From an uncultured Bacteroides sp. (GTDB taxonomy: Bacteria > Bacteroidota > Bacteroidia > Bacteroidales > SM23-62): a stretch of 32,074 nt of DNA. Position numbers and translations under genes: made by a program. The notes below the pieces were generated by a model. That model saw only the letters and a list, made by a program, of their open reading frames with translations. It ran no database searches and was not told the DNA's origin. How positions within the stretch are numbered: position 1 is the stretch's first letter; every line of letters starts with the position of its first letter. Positions 18,257 through 27,185 of the stretch are shown here, in pieces. The stretch is from the NCBI GenBank assembly GCA_964512775.1, contig CAZEKO010000007.1:1-32074 (forward strand), read 5' to 3'.

Positions 18257-19747
18257 ATGAAATATGATGTGGTCATAATAGGCAGCGGTTTAGGAGGTCT
18301 TCAATGTGCTTACATCCTGAGCAGGGAAGGTTATAAGGTTTGTCTACTGGAGAAAAACAGCCAGCTGGGGGGATGTCTGCAGACTTTCAAAAGGGATAAT
18401 GCTGTATTCGATACCGGCATGCATTATATTGGAAGTATGGACGAAGGACAAGTGCTCAATAAATTTTTCCGATACTTCAAGTTGACAGATAAACTGAAGC
18501 TAAGAAGAATGGATGAAAATGGTTATGAAGTAATTCAATACAGGGGAAAGGAATATAAGTTTGCAATGGGTTTTGACAACTTTACTGAAACGCTGCTTGA
18601 ACAATTTCCATACGAACGCGAAGCCCTCCGAAAATATACCGATAAAATAAAAGAAATCGGCAACTCGGTTGATCTGTACAATATGCGGGAAATATCTGAA
18701 ACACAGAACAATTATCTTGATTATTTCAGTATCGGCATAGATGATTTCCTGAATTCTATTACACGAGATCAGACGCTCAGGAGTGTCTTGCTGGGAATAT
18801 CTCCGCTTTATTCCGGAGTAAAGGAAAGAACTCCGATGTATATCCCACTGATCATTCATGCTTCTTATCTAAGAAGTGCCTATCGTTTCATTGACGGTGG
18901 ATCTCAGATCAGCAATCTGCTTGCCGGGTATATCGCTGAAAACGGTGGCACAATCTTGCGTAAAGCCGAGGTAACTAAATTTCTTTTTAATTCCGGTTCC
19001 CTGAAAGCAGTTGAAATTAACCAATCGGAAAAAATTGAAGGGAAAAATTTTATTTCAAATATACATCCTAAAACCATGTTAAAGATAGCCGGCGATGCTC
19101 CTTTAAGGCCTGCCTACAAAAAAAGAATTGCCGGCATTGAAGATACCTATGGTATTTTCACTCTTTACCTGGTTATGAAAGAGAATGCTTTTGAATATAT
19201 AAATAATAATTTTTACGTTTTTAAAACAGATAATGTATGGGAAGGGGCTAAATATACAGCAGAAAACTGGCCCAGAGGTTATATGATGCATATCTCACCT
19301 AATTCACATAATGAAAAATATACAGATGCGATTATTATAAATACCTATATGAACTGGAAAGATGTGATTTCATGGGAACATACCAGGGTTGAAATGAGAG
19401 GTGACGATTATAAGGAATTCAAACAGCAAAAAGCTGAAAAACTCCTTGATGTTCTTGAAAAGGATTTCCCTGGAATCAGGAGTAAAATGAAAACTTATTA
19501 CACATCAACTCCATTAACATACCGTGATTATATTGGTACACCCAAAGGATCGATTTATGGATTGCTGAAAGATTACCACGATCCTCTCAGGACAATGGTT
19601 CTGCCGCGAACAACAATACCAAACCTGTATCTGACAGGACAAAATATTAATATCCATGGAGTTATTGGTGTTACAATTTGCTCGATAATGACATGCAACG
19701 AGTTGATTGGAACCCAGGATCTCCTGAAAAAAATGCGGGATGCCTGA
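18257..19747 (+). CDS. FAD/NAD(P)-dependent oxidoreductase, CrtI family, paralog 2 (tandem duplicate)
   Basis: 496 aa. Colinear with the upstream gene along its whole length; roughly half of positions are identical by eye (MKYDVVIIGSGLGGL.., NLYLTGQNI..HGVIG). Confidence 0.85.
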   Translation: MKYDVVIIGSGLGGLQCAYILSREGYKVCLLEKNSQLGGCLQTFKRDNAVFDTGMHYIGSMDEGQVLNKFFRYFKLTDKLKLRRMDENGYEVIQYRGKEYKFAMGFDNFTETLLEQFPYEREALRKYTDKIKEIGNSVDLYNMREISETQNNYLDYFSIGIDDFLNSITRDQTLRSVLLGISPLYSGVKERTPMYIPLIIHASYLRSAYRFIDGGSQISNLLAGYIAENGGTILRKAEVTKFLFNSGSLKAVEINQSEKIEGKNFISNIHPKTMLKIAGDAPLRPAYKKRIAGIEDTYGIFTLYLVMKENAFEYINNNFYVFKTDNVWEGAKYTAENWPRGYMMHISPNSHNEKYTDAIIINTYMNWKDVISWEHTRVEMRGDDYKEFKQQKAEKLLDVLEKDFPGIRSKMKTYYTSTPLTYRDYIGTPKGSIYGLLKDYHDPLRTMVLPRTTIPNLYLTGQNINIHGVIGVTICSIMTCNELIGTQDLLKKMRDA

Positions 19748-21455
19748 GAAAATGAGAATCCTGAAAAAAATATTAAAATGGTTGTTACTTACAATTGCTT
19801 TATTAATAATTACTTTCATCGTATGGTTCCTACTGGTTGCTATTGATCATCCTCCCGTTGTAAAAGATCTGTCTTCGACAGAAACTGAACGTGAGAAATT
19901 CGGGGAAAATACTTATTTCGTCGGCAATAACTGGCTCCGCAAGAGTGAATCCGGTTTGTGGGAAATGTATATAGAAGGTGATCCGTTTGAGCGTGGCGTC
20001 GCATTCGGCAAGCTTACCAAAGAATTACTTTTCTATCAGGAAGCAGCATTTATTGAGCAGATACAGGAACTAGTCCCTTCAAAAGGATATCTTAAATTTC
20101 TTAAATATTTTACCGCATGGTTTAACCGGAACCTTGATAAAAATATCCTGGATGAATACAAGCTGGAAATTTATGGTACTTCATTTTCTTGCTCCCCAGT
20201 TTACGATTTTATAGGGTCAGGGTATCAGCGTCAGCTAAATTATCATGCGGCCCATGATATCGGACATGCATTGCAGGGATTAAACATGGTTGGATGCACA
20301 TCATTCTCATGCTGGAATGAGAAAAGTGCAGATTCAAACCTGATTGTCGGTCGTAATTTTGACTTCTATGCCGGAACAAAGTTCGCTGACAATAAAATTG
20401 TATGCTTTTACAAACCATCATCCGGATATAGGTTTATGATGGTAAGCTGGGCCGATATGATCGGTGTTGTTTCAGGGATGAATGAAAGAGGACTTACCGT
20501 AACTATTAATGCTGCAAAATCATCCATTCCTGGCCAGGCATACACTCCCATCTCACTTCTTGCCAGAGAGATATTGCAATATGCTGAAAACATTGATCAG
20601 GCATTCGCAATAGCTCAAAAACGAAGATTGTTTGTCTCGGAATCCATTCTGGTGGGTTCGGTAAATGATGGAGAATCGGCTATTATTGAAAAATCACCTC
20701 ACAAATATGATATAGTTTATTCTAAAACCGACCAGATTATCTGTACAAACCATTTTCAGGGGAAAGCCTTTGTGAACGATAAAACCAATATTGAGAATAT
20801 CCGCGGTTCTGACAGTCAGTACCGATTTAACCGGGTAAATGAATTATTACAGGAAGATATAATAATTGATGTAAACGATGCTGCATCAATATTACGCAAC
20901 AGATTTGGATCTGGAAATGTCAAGCTGGGAATGGGAAATCCTTTGGCTGTTAACCAATTAATAGCCCATCATGCTGTGATCTTTAAACCTTCCCGGCAAC
21001 TGGTATGGGTTTCAACATCACCATACCAGCTAGGTAAATTCGTTGCTTATGATCTGAATAAGATTTTCTCGCTTGACAAGGAACAGATCATCATGAATAA
21101 GGAAATTTATACAATTGAGATGACTATACCTGCTGATACATTCATGTACTCAAAAGAATATAACAGCTATACTAAATTTCTTGGAATGACCGAAGAGTTA
21201 AAAAGATACTCAGACAGCAAAAAAAGCTTGCCAGCAACTTTTGAACAAACCTATATTCAGACAAATCCATGGTTTTATCTTACCTATTATAACCTGGGTA
21301 ATTATTACCGGGATAAAAAAGATTACTATCGGGCTTATGGATACTATCAGAATGCCTTATCAAAAGAGGTCGCAGGAATGGATCAGAGAAACCATCTGAT
21401 AATATTATCAGGAAAAACATTAAAAAAGTCACACCATGTCGATACCAGAAATTGA
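19740..21455 (+). CDS. Peptidase C45 / acyl-CoA:6-aminopenicillanic-acid acyltransferase (IAT)-like protein with N-terminal TM helix and TPR-like C-terminus
   Basis: 571 aa. Putative Ntn nucleophile in MVGCTSFSCW (Cys codon at 20295-20297). TM helix LLLTIALLIITFIVWFLLVAI. C-terminal YNLGNYYRDKKDYYRAYGYYQNAL. An alternative ATG lies at 19752. Confidence 0.7.
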   Translation: MPEKMRILKKILKWLLLTIALLIITFIVWFLLVAIDHPPVVKDLSSTETEREKFGENTYFVGNNWLRKSESGLWEMYIEGDPFERGVAFGKLTKELLFYQEAAFIEQIQELVPSKGYLKFLKYFTAWFNRNLDKNILDEYKLEIYGTSFSCSPVYDFIGSGYQRQLNYHAAHDIGHALQGLNMVGCTSFSCWNEKSADSNLIVGRNFDFYAGTKFADNKIVCFYKPSSGYRFMMVSWADMIGVVSGMNERGLTVTINAAKSSIPGQAYTPISLLAREILQYAENIDQAFAIAQKRRLFVSESILVGSVNDGESAIIEKSPHKYDIVYSKTDQIICTNHFQGKAFVNDKTNIENIRGSDSQYRFNRVNELLQEDIIIDVNDAASILRNRFGSGNVKLGMGNPLAVNQLIAHHAVIFKPSRQLVWVSTSPYQLGKFVAYDLNKIFSLDKEQIIMNKEIYTIEMTIPADTFMYSKEYNSYTKFLGMTEELKRYSDSKKSLPATFEQTYIQTNPWFYLTYYNLGNYYRDKKDYYRAYGYYQNALSKEVAGMDQRNHLIILSGKTLKKSHHVDTRN

Positions 21456-22728
21456 AAAAAAGAATGCCAGGGAGATTAAGTCGTTTCAGGGGAAAGCACT
21501 TATAAACATGCTTCAGTATGTAAAGAAAAACTCACGTTTTTATCAGAATCATTTTAGAAGGCATGGTATTAATACTGATAAAATAAAAAATCTTGACGAT
21601 CTTATACACATACCTATTACACGGAAGGAAGATTTGCAATCAGGTGCAGATGATTTTATTTGTGTGAGCCGCAATAAAATCATCGACTATCTCACAACAT
21701 CCGGAACGTCGGGAGAACCTGTGATATATGCAATGACCGAAAATGATCTGAAGAGACTTGCATACAATGAATATCTTGGTTTCATGTGTGCTGACTGTAC
21801 CAGAAATGACGTCTTTCAGCTTATGACCACCATTGATCGCCGGTTTATGGCAGGAATGGCGTATTTCTTAGGTTCACGCAGATTAAAATCGGGTATGATC
21901 CGTGTGGGAAACGGAATCCCTGAAATGCAATGGGATACTATTAAACGATTTTCACCCACAACTCTGATCGCAGTTCCATCGTTTTTGTTAAATATTATTG
22001 ATTATGCCGAAAAAAATGGTATTGACCATCATGCATCAAGTGTAACAAAGGCTGTATGTATCGGAGATGCCCTGCGCAACACTGATTTTTCCTTCAATAC
22101 GCTAGGTAAAAGAATAAATGAACGTTGGCCTGAAATGAAACTCTATTCGACCTATGCATCGACAGAAATGGCTGCATCATTTACCGAATGCAGATACGGG
22201 ATAGGAGGTCATCATCATCCCGAATTGCTTATCGTTGAGTTTCTGGATGATAATGATTCTCCGGTTTCAAGAGGCGATGTCGGAGAACTAACCATAACTA
22301 CTCTTGGTGTTGAAGGCATGCCACTGCTCCGGTTTAAAACAGGCGATATATGCCAGGGACATTACGAATCCTGTGAATGTGGCCGTACTACTATGCGGGT
22401 AGGTCCTTTAATTGGCCGTAAAAACCAGATGATCAAGTATAAAGGAACTACTTTATATCCTCCTGCCCTGTACGATATTCTCGAAAGCATAGAAGGTGTC
22501 AGAAATTATATTGTCGAACTTTCCACCAACACTATCGGAACAGATGAGATCCTGATACGCATAGGATCCGAAAACAATTCCGAAAGTTTTGAAAAGATTA
22601 TTAAAGATCATTTCAGAGCCAAACTCAGAGTTGCTCCTTCAATATTCTTTGAATCAGTCGATTATATTAATAGACTGCAATATCCGAGCATGAGTCGTAA
22701 ACCTATAAAGCTCATCGATAAAAGGTAA
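21436..22728 (+). CDS. Adenylate-forming aryl-acid CoA ligase of the phenylacetate-CoA ligase (PaaK)/F390-synthetase family
   Basis: 430 aa. P-loop-like TSGTSGEP, later YASTE and GD motifs; the size matches the short PaaK-type enzymes. Overlaps the C45 gene by 20 nt. Confidence 0.8.
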   Translation: MSIPEIEKKNAREIKSFQGKALINMLQYVKKNSRFYQNHFRRHGINTDKIKNLDDLIHIPITRKEDLQSGADDFICVSRNKIIDYLTTSGTSGEPVIYAMTENDLKRLAYNEYLGFMCADCTRNDVFQLMTTIDRRFMAGMAYFLGSRRLKSGMIRVGNGIPEMQWDTIKRFSPTTLIAVPSFLLNIIDYAEKNGIDHHASSVTKAVCIGDALRNTDFSFNTLGKRINERWPEMKLYSTYASTEMAASFTECRYGIGGHHHPELLIVEFLDDNDSPVSRGDVGELTITTLGVEGMPLLRFKTGDICQGHYESCECGRTTMRVGPLIGRKNQMIKYKGTTLYPPALYDILESIEGVRNYIVELSTNTIGTDEILIRIGSENNSESFEKIIKDHFRAKLRVAPSIFFESVDYINRLQYPSMSRKPIKLIDKR

Positions 22729-22792
22729 ATAATTACTGGGAATCGATACCAAACGTTTTCGCTTTGAACTATTTTATTGAAGAACTATTCTG

Positions 22793-22800
22793 TATTTTTG
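22793..22800 (+). promoter_or_regulatory. Candidate Bacteroidota -7 promoter box for the KS/CLF operon
   Basis: Exact TAnnTTTG match (TATTTTTG) 30 nt upstream of the ATG at 22830, in the only sizeable intergenic gap (101 nt) of this plus-strand block. Confidence 0.4.
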
Positions 22801-22829
22801 TTTTTTGTAACCTTTAAAACAAAAATGAT

Positions 22830-23420
22830 ATGAAAAGTAAATTATTAACATTCATTTTAATGATTCTTCTGGGATTTATGAATTATTCATTCTCCCAGGA
22901 ATATCAGAAAGTCTCAGACATTAAAAAAGTTATATGGTTAGGTGTTGATTTTACAGCAGCAAAATTTACTCTTGTGACTGAAGATCCTGCTGTTATAGTT
23001 AACCAGTATCTTAAAGCGATCAATGTCCTTATTATTAGTGAACGGGAAAAATTTAATATCAGAAGCTTCTTTAAAGTTGATGAAGTGAGCAACAACATTG
23101 AACTGGCTATTGAATTTAATCAGCAAATCGATCCGTCCGCTTTGGTGATATATGATGATTATAAACTGGATGTGGATCAGGTCAAAGATGTAATTAAGAA
23201 ATATGATGTGGAGGACAAATCAGGAGCAGGATTGATCTTTGTTGCCGAGAATTTGAATAAAGTATCTCAGACAGGAAGTTATTACGTATGCTTTTTTGAT
23301 TTATCAACCAAAGAAATAATTGATTGCAAAAGGATGACCGGGGCGGTAAGTGGTATTGGATTCCGTAATTACTGGGCTAGTTCGATTTATAATGTAATGA
23401 AAACCTGGGCGTTACAGTAG
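22830..23420 (+). CDS. Secreted/periplasmic protein of unknown function
   Basis: 196 aa. Clear signal peptide (LLTFILMILLGFMNYSFSQ). I recognise no motif. First gene behind the candidate promoter. Confidence 0.6.
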   Translation: MKSKLLTFILMILLGFMNYSFSQEYQKVSDIKKVIWLGVDFTAAKFTLVTEDPAVIVNQYLKAINVLIISEREKFNIRSFFKVDEVSNNIELAIEFNQQIDPSALVIYDDYKLDVDQVKDVIKKYDVEDKSGAGLIFVAENLNKVSQTGSYYVCFFDLSTKEIIDCKRMTGAVSGIGFRNYWASSIYNVMKTWALQ

Positions 23421-23449
23421 AGGGTGAATTAAGGGCCCAGAATTTCAGA

Positions 23450-23887
23450 ATGAAGAATATGGTTTTAATGACAAAGACTCTGATTCGGGTCCGGTTCAGT
23501 GAAGTTGACTCGATGGGTGTCGTCTGGCATGGCCAGTACATCAAGTATTTTGAAGATGGTCGTGAGGATTTTGGCAACAAGTACCGTATCAATTACCTGG
23601 ATTTTTATAATCTTGGTATCCTGATTCCTATAATTAAAATTTCCTGTAATTATAAAAAACCCTTGATTTACGGCGACACAGCTCTGGTAGAAACCAGGTT
23701 TGTCGACTGTGAGGCCGCAAAAATTCAGTACGACTACGTTATTTATAATAATAAAAACCATGAAATAGTCGCAACCGGTTCAAGTATCCAGGTATTTTTG
23801 AATTTAAATCATGAATTACTGCTGGTGTTCCCTCCCTTCTTTCTTGAATGGAAAAAAAGAAATGGATTGATAACAAAAATAAATTAA
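23450..23887 (+). CDS. 4HBT/YbgC-type hot-dog acyl-CoA/ACP thioesterase (ApeK-like)
   Basis: 145 aa. N-terminal catalytic-Asp region IRVRFSEVDSMGVVWHGQYIKYFEDGRE, typical of the 4-hydroxybenzoyl-CoA thioesterase family. Confidence 0.8.
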   Translation: MKNMVLMTKTLIRVRFSEVDSMGVVWHGQYIKYFEDGREDFGNKYRINYLDFYNLGILIPIIKISCNYKKPLIYGDTALVETRFVDCEAAKIQYDYVIYNNKNHEIVATGSSIQVFLNLNHELLLVFPPFFLEWKKRNGLITKIN

Positions 23888-23898
23888 TATAATTTTTC

Positions 23899-25044
23899 GT
23901 GAAGGACGTTTTCATAGCTTCCGATAATATTATTACTTCACTAGGCTTTACTACTGGCGAGAATGCCACAAATATGTTTGCTGGGAAGACCGGTATCCGC
24001 TTAACTGAAAATGAGCATATGGCTCCCTCTCCATTTTATGCGTCACTTGTTGATTCCTCTCTTTTACGAAATAAATTTTCCGCATTTGATGATCCGGACA
24101 AATTTACCCATTTCGAACAGATGGCTATCTGTTCAATAAAAGACGCATTATCAGGTTCAGAGATTGATTTTGCTGATCCCGGAACCCTTTTTATCCTGTC
24201 CTCAACTAAAGGTAATATTGATCTCCTAGAAAATGAAAACAAACTGAGATACGGAAAAGAAAGGATTTATTTATGGAATACGGCACAATTAATACAGCGA
24301 TATTTTAAAATCAGGAATGAACCGGTTGTGGTTTCCAATGCCTGCATTTCAGGTGTGCAGGCTATCATTACTGGTGCCCGTCTGATACGTGCCGGTTTAT
24401 TTGAGAATATTATCATTAACGGTACTGACATTATCTCAGAATTTGTTGTGTCGGGCTTTAATTCGTTTCAATCGCTCAGCACCGGGCCCTGCCGTCCTTT
24501 TGATAAAACAAGGGATGGTTTATCACTGGGAGAAGGTTCAGGGACTATCATTCTGACCGGAAAGCATTCCTTGTCAAGTCGCTCAGAACAAATCATGGTC
24601 GGTGAAGGTTTTTCCACCAATGATGCAAATCATATTTCTGGCCCTTCAAGAACCGGAGAAGGATTATTCATAGCTATTAACCGTCTTTTGAAGAAAATGC
24701 ATGTTTCTATTGATCATATTTCAGCTCACGGAACTGCAACCTTGTATAATGACGAGATGGAATCTATTGCCATAACCAGAGCCGGATTACAGTCTGTTCC
24801 CGTGAACAGCTTTAAAGGTTATTGGGGCCATACGCTGGGAGCCGCTGGAATAATTGAATCAGTAATGTGTATATACTCCATCAGAAACAGTATTTTATTC
24901 AATACACTTGGTTATCACACATCTGGAGTAACAAATCCTATTATCATTGTTGACAGTTTTATTAGCAGGGAAATAAATAATTGTCTGAAAATTGCATCTG
25001 GATTTGGGGGATGTAACGCTGCAATATTATTTCATAAAAAATGA
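23899..25044 (+). CDS. Beta-ketoacyl synthase (KS subunit, ApeO-like)
   Basis: 381 aa, GTG start. Triad motifs SNACISGVQAI, SAHGTATLYND and KGYWGHTLGAAG; C-terminal ASGFGGCN. Confidence 0.85.
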   Translation: MKDVFIASDNIITSLGFTTGENATNMFAGKTGIRLTENEHMAPSPFYASLVDSSLLRNKFSAFDDPDKFTHFEQMAICSIKDALSGSEIDFADPGTLFILSSTKGNIDLLENENKLRYGKERIYLWNTAQLIQRYFKIRNEPVVVSNACISGVQAIITGARLIRAGLFENIIINGTDIISEFVVSGFNSFQSLSTGPCRPFDKTRDGLSLGEGSGTIILTGKHSLSSRSEQIMVGEGFSTNDANHISGPSRTGEGLFIAINRLLKKMHVSIDHISAHGTATLYNDEMESIAITRAGLQSVPVNSFKGYWGHTLGAAGIIESVMCIYSIRNSILFNTLGYHTSGVTNPIIIVDSFISREINNCLKIASGFGGCNAAILFHKK

Positions 25045-25682
25045 AAAGATTCTATGTAATAAGCGATTACTGTTCTATCCGCCAAGATGCGGTTGAGGTC
25101 AACAATAACATTGTGTACAACGGTTCCGGTGCCGACTTCGGAAAGTTTTCCAATGACATTTACAAAAATTTTGCTGTAAATTATCCAAAATTTCACAAAA
25201 TGGATAACCTGAGTAAGCTAGCTTTTTTATCGGCTGAGTTGCTCCTTAGAGATAAAAATATAAATCAGAAGTATTCAGGAGATGACGTAGGGATAATCCT
25301 AATGAATGCTTCATCTTCGCTTGATACAGACCGCCGTTACCAGAATACGATCTCCGACCGGGCAAATTATTTTCCCAGTCCTTCAGTATTTGTTTATACG
25401 CTTCCCAATGTGGTAATAGGTGAAATCAGCATTAAACATAAGTTCTACGGGGAAGGTAATTTTTTTATCTCTGAAAAATTCAATCCATCATTCCTGGTGA
25501 GTTATGTAGAACAATTGTTTAATACTGAAACAATTCAATGCTGTATAGCCGGGTGGGTTGAAATTGACGGCAATGATTTTGAATCGTTGGTTTTTTTAAT
25601 TGAGAAACCAGATAAAACTGATGCCGGAATTGCTAATTTTGAGCCGGCGACTATTCAAGATTTATATGATAAAAAGAAATGA
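25041..25682 (+). CDS. Short KS-N-terminal-like protein lacking the catalytic Cys (ApeC/chain-length-factor-like partner)
   Basis: 213 aa. ATGA start/stop overlap with the preceding KS. Thiolase-like N-terminal half with no Cys-His-His triad. Confidence 0.7.
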   Translation: MKRFYVISDYCSIRQDAVEVNNNIVYNGSGADFGKFSNDIYKNFAVNYPKFHKMDNLSKLAFLSAELLLRDKNINQKYSGDDVGIILMNASSSLDTDRRYQNTISDRANYFPSPSVFVYTLPNVVIGEISIKHKFYGEGNFFISEKFNPSFLVSYVEQLFNTETIQCCIAGWVEIDGNDFESLVFLIEKPDKTDAGIANFEPATIQDLYDKKK

Positions 25683-25685
25683 TAT

Positions 25686-25943
25686 ATGGAAAAGATTATT
25701 CTAAAATTGAAGGAAGAAATCATTGAAGTCTTAAACTTATCGGAAATGAAACCGGAGGATATTGATGAAAAGGCTCCTCTTTTTGTCGATGGTCTTGGCC
25801 TTGATTCAATAGATGCTCTCGAACTTACTGTTCTGCTTGATAAAAAATATGACTTAAAGATTAATACGGTTGAGGAAGGGAAAAAAATCCTGTATTCCGT
25901 AAAATCAATGGCAGAATTTATTATTGCAAACAAAAAGCACTGA
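25686..25943 (+). CDS. Acyl carrier protein (cluster ACP 2)
   Basis: 85 aa. Canonical DGLGLDSIDALEL attachment motif. Confidence 0.9.
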   Translation: MEKIILKLKEEIIEVLNLSEMKPEDIDEKAPLFVDGLGLDSIDALELTVLLDKKYDLKINTVEEGKKILYSVKSMAEFIIANKKH

Positions 25944-25978
25944 TTTCCAATATGCTTAACTCCAAATAGTGACAAATT

Positions 25979-27184
25979 GTGTCAGCCAAAGTTTTTGTAA
26001 CCGGTGTTGGTATTATTTCATCCATCGGCCTTAATAATGAAGAAACTGCTTCCGCTCTGCAGGAATCCAGAAGCGGAATTGGCAGGATAACGGTGCTGGA
26101 AACCCTGTACAAAGACGAAATTCCTGTAGCAGAAGTTAAGGCTACCAATAAAGAACTTAAAGAAATATCGGAAGTCACTAATAAAGACCCATTTTCACGC
26201 ACCACTCTTCTGGGTATCATTGCTGCCAGGCAGGCTCTGTCACAAACTGATATCAAAGATATAAAAGAATTCAGAACCGGATTGATATCTGCTACAACGG
26301 TTGGAGGCATGGACCGAAGTGAAAGGTTTTATAAAGAATATATTAAGAATAATTCCCGCGGTCGGTTAAGAGATATTATCACGCATGATTGCGCGGACAG
26401 TACAGAACGAATCGCTGATACGTTTGGAATAAAAGATTATGTGTCAACGATCAGTACTGCCTGTTCATCATCGGCAAACTCAATCCTGGTTGGATCACGT
26501 ATGATTGAAAACGGAATACTGGACAGGGTACTTGTTGGCGGCGTTGATGCACTTACACTTTTTACACTGAATGGTTTTAACAGTCTGATGATACTGGACA
26601 GAACCGGATGCAAACCTTTTGATGAGGAAAGAAACGGGCTGACTCTTGGCGAAGGTGCCGGATTCCTGATGATTGAATCCGAACACGCTATCAGGCAAGC
26701 AGGTAAGACACCATTATGTGAGATTAAAGGTTATGGAAATGCATGTGACGCATTTCATCAGACTGCTTCATCCCCGGAGGGAGACGGAGCTTTTCTTTCT
26801 ATGCAAAAGGCACTAGCAAAAGCAGGAATTACACCAGGTGTGATCGATTATATAAATGCCCACGGAACGGGCACAAAAAACAATGACTTATCGGAAGGAA
26901 AAGCTATCCTAAAGCTATGGCAGGGATCCGTTCCACCTTTCAGCTCAACCAAATCCTTTACAGGGCATACTCTGGGCGCAGCAGGTGCAATTGAAGCCAT
27001 ATTCTGTGTAATGGCATTAAAGCACCAATGGATCTACCCCAACCTTAATTTCAAACATCAGATGACAGATCTGGGTTTTTCTCCGGTGACTCATTTTCAA
27101 CATGATATTCCTTTACGGAATGTTATGTCGAATTCGTTTGGATTTGGCGGTAATAACACAAGTTTAATATTTTCCAGGTGCTGA
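25979..27184 (+). CDS. Beta-ketoacyl-ACP synthase (FabF-like KS)
   Basis: 401 aa, GTG start. STACSSSANSIL, NAHGTGTKNND, KSFTGHTLGAAG, NSFGFGGNN. Confidence 0.9.
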   Translation: MSAKVFVTGVGIISSIGLNNEETASALQESRSGIGRITVLETLYKDEIPVAEVKATNKELKEISEVTNKDPFSRTTLLGIIAARQALSQTDIKDIKEFRTGLISATTVGGMDRSERFYKEYIKNNSRGRLRDIITHDCADSTERIADTFGIKDYVSTISTACSSSANSILVGSRMIENGILDRVLVGGVDALTLFTLNGFNSLMILDRTGCKPFDEERNGLTLGEGAGFLMIESEHAIRQAGKTPLCEIKGYGNACDAFHQTASSPEGDGAFLSMQKALAKAGITPGVIDYINAHGTGTKNNDLSEGKAILKLWQGSVPPFSSTKSFTGHTLGAAGAIEAIFCVMALKHQWIYPNLNFKHQMTDLGFSPVTHFQHDIPLRNVMSNSFGFGGNNTSLIFSRC

Positions 27185-27185
27185 T

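Noticed and set aside
16745-19747. Carotenoid biosynthesis locus (crtI genes)
   Set aside because: There is no phytoene synthase, cyclase or hydroxylase in the window. The pair sits in an operon with C45 and PaaK-like genes inside a polyene-lipid cluster.
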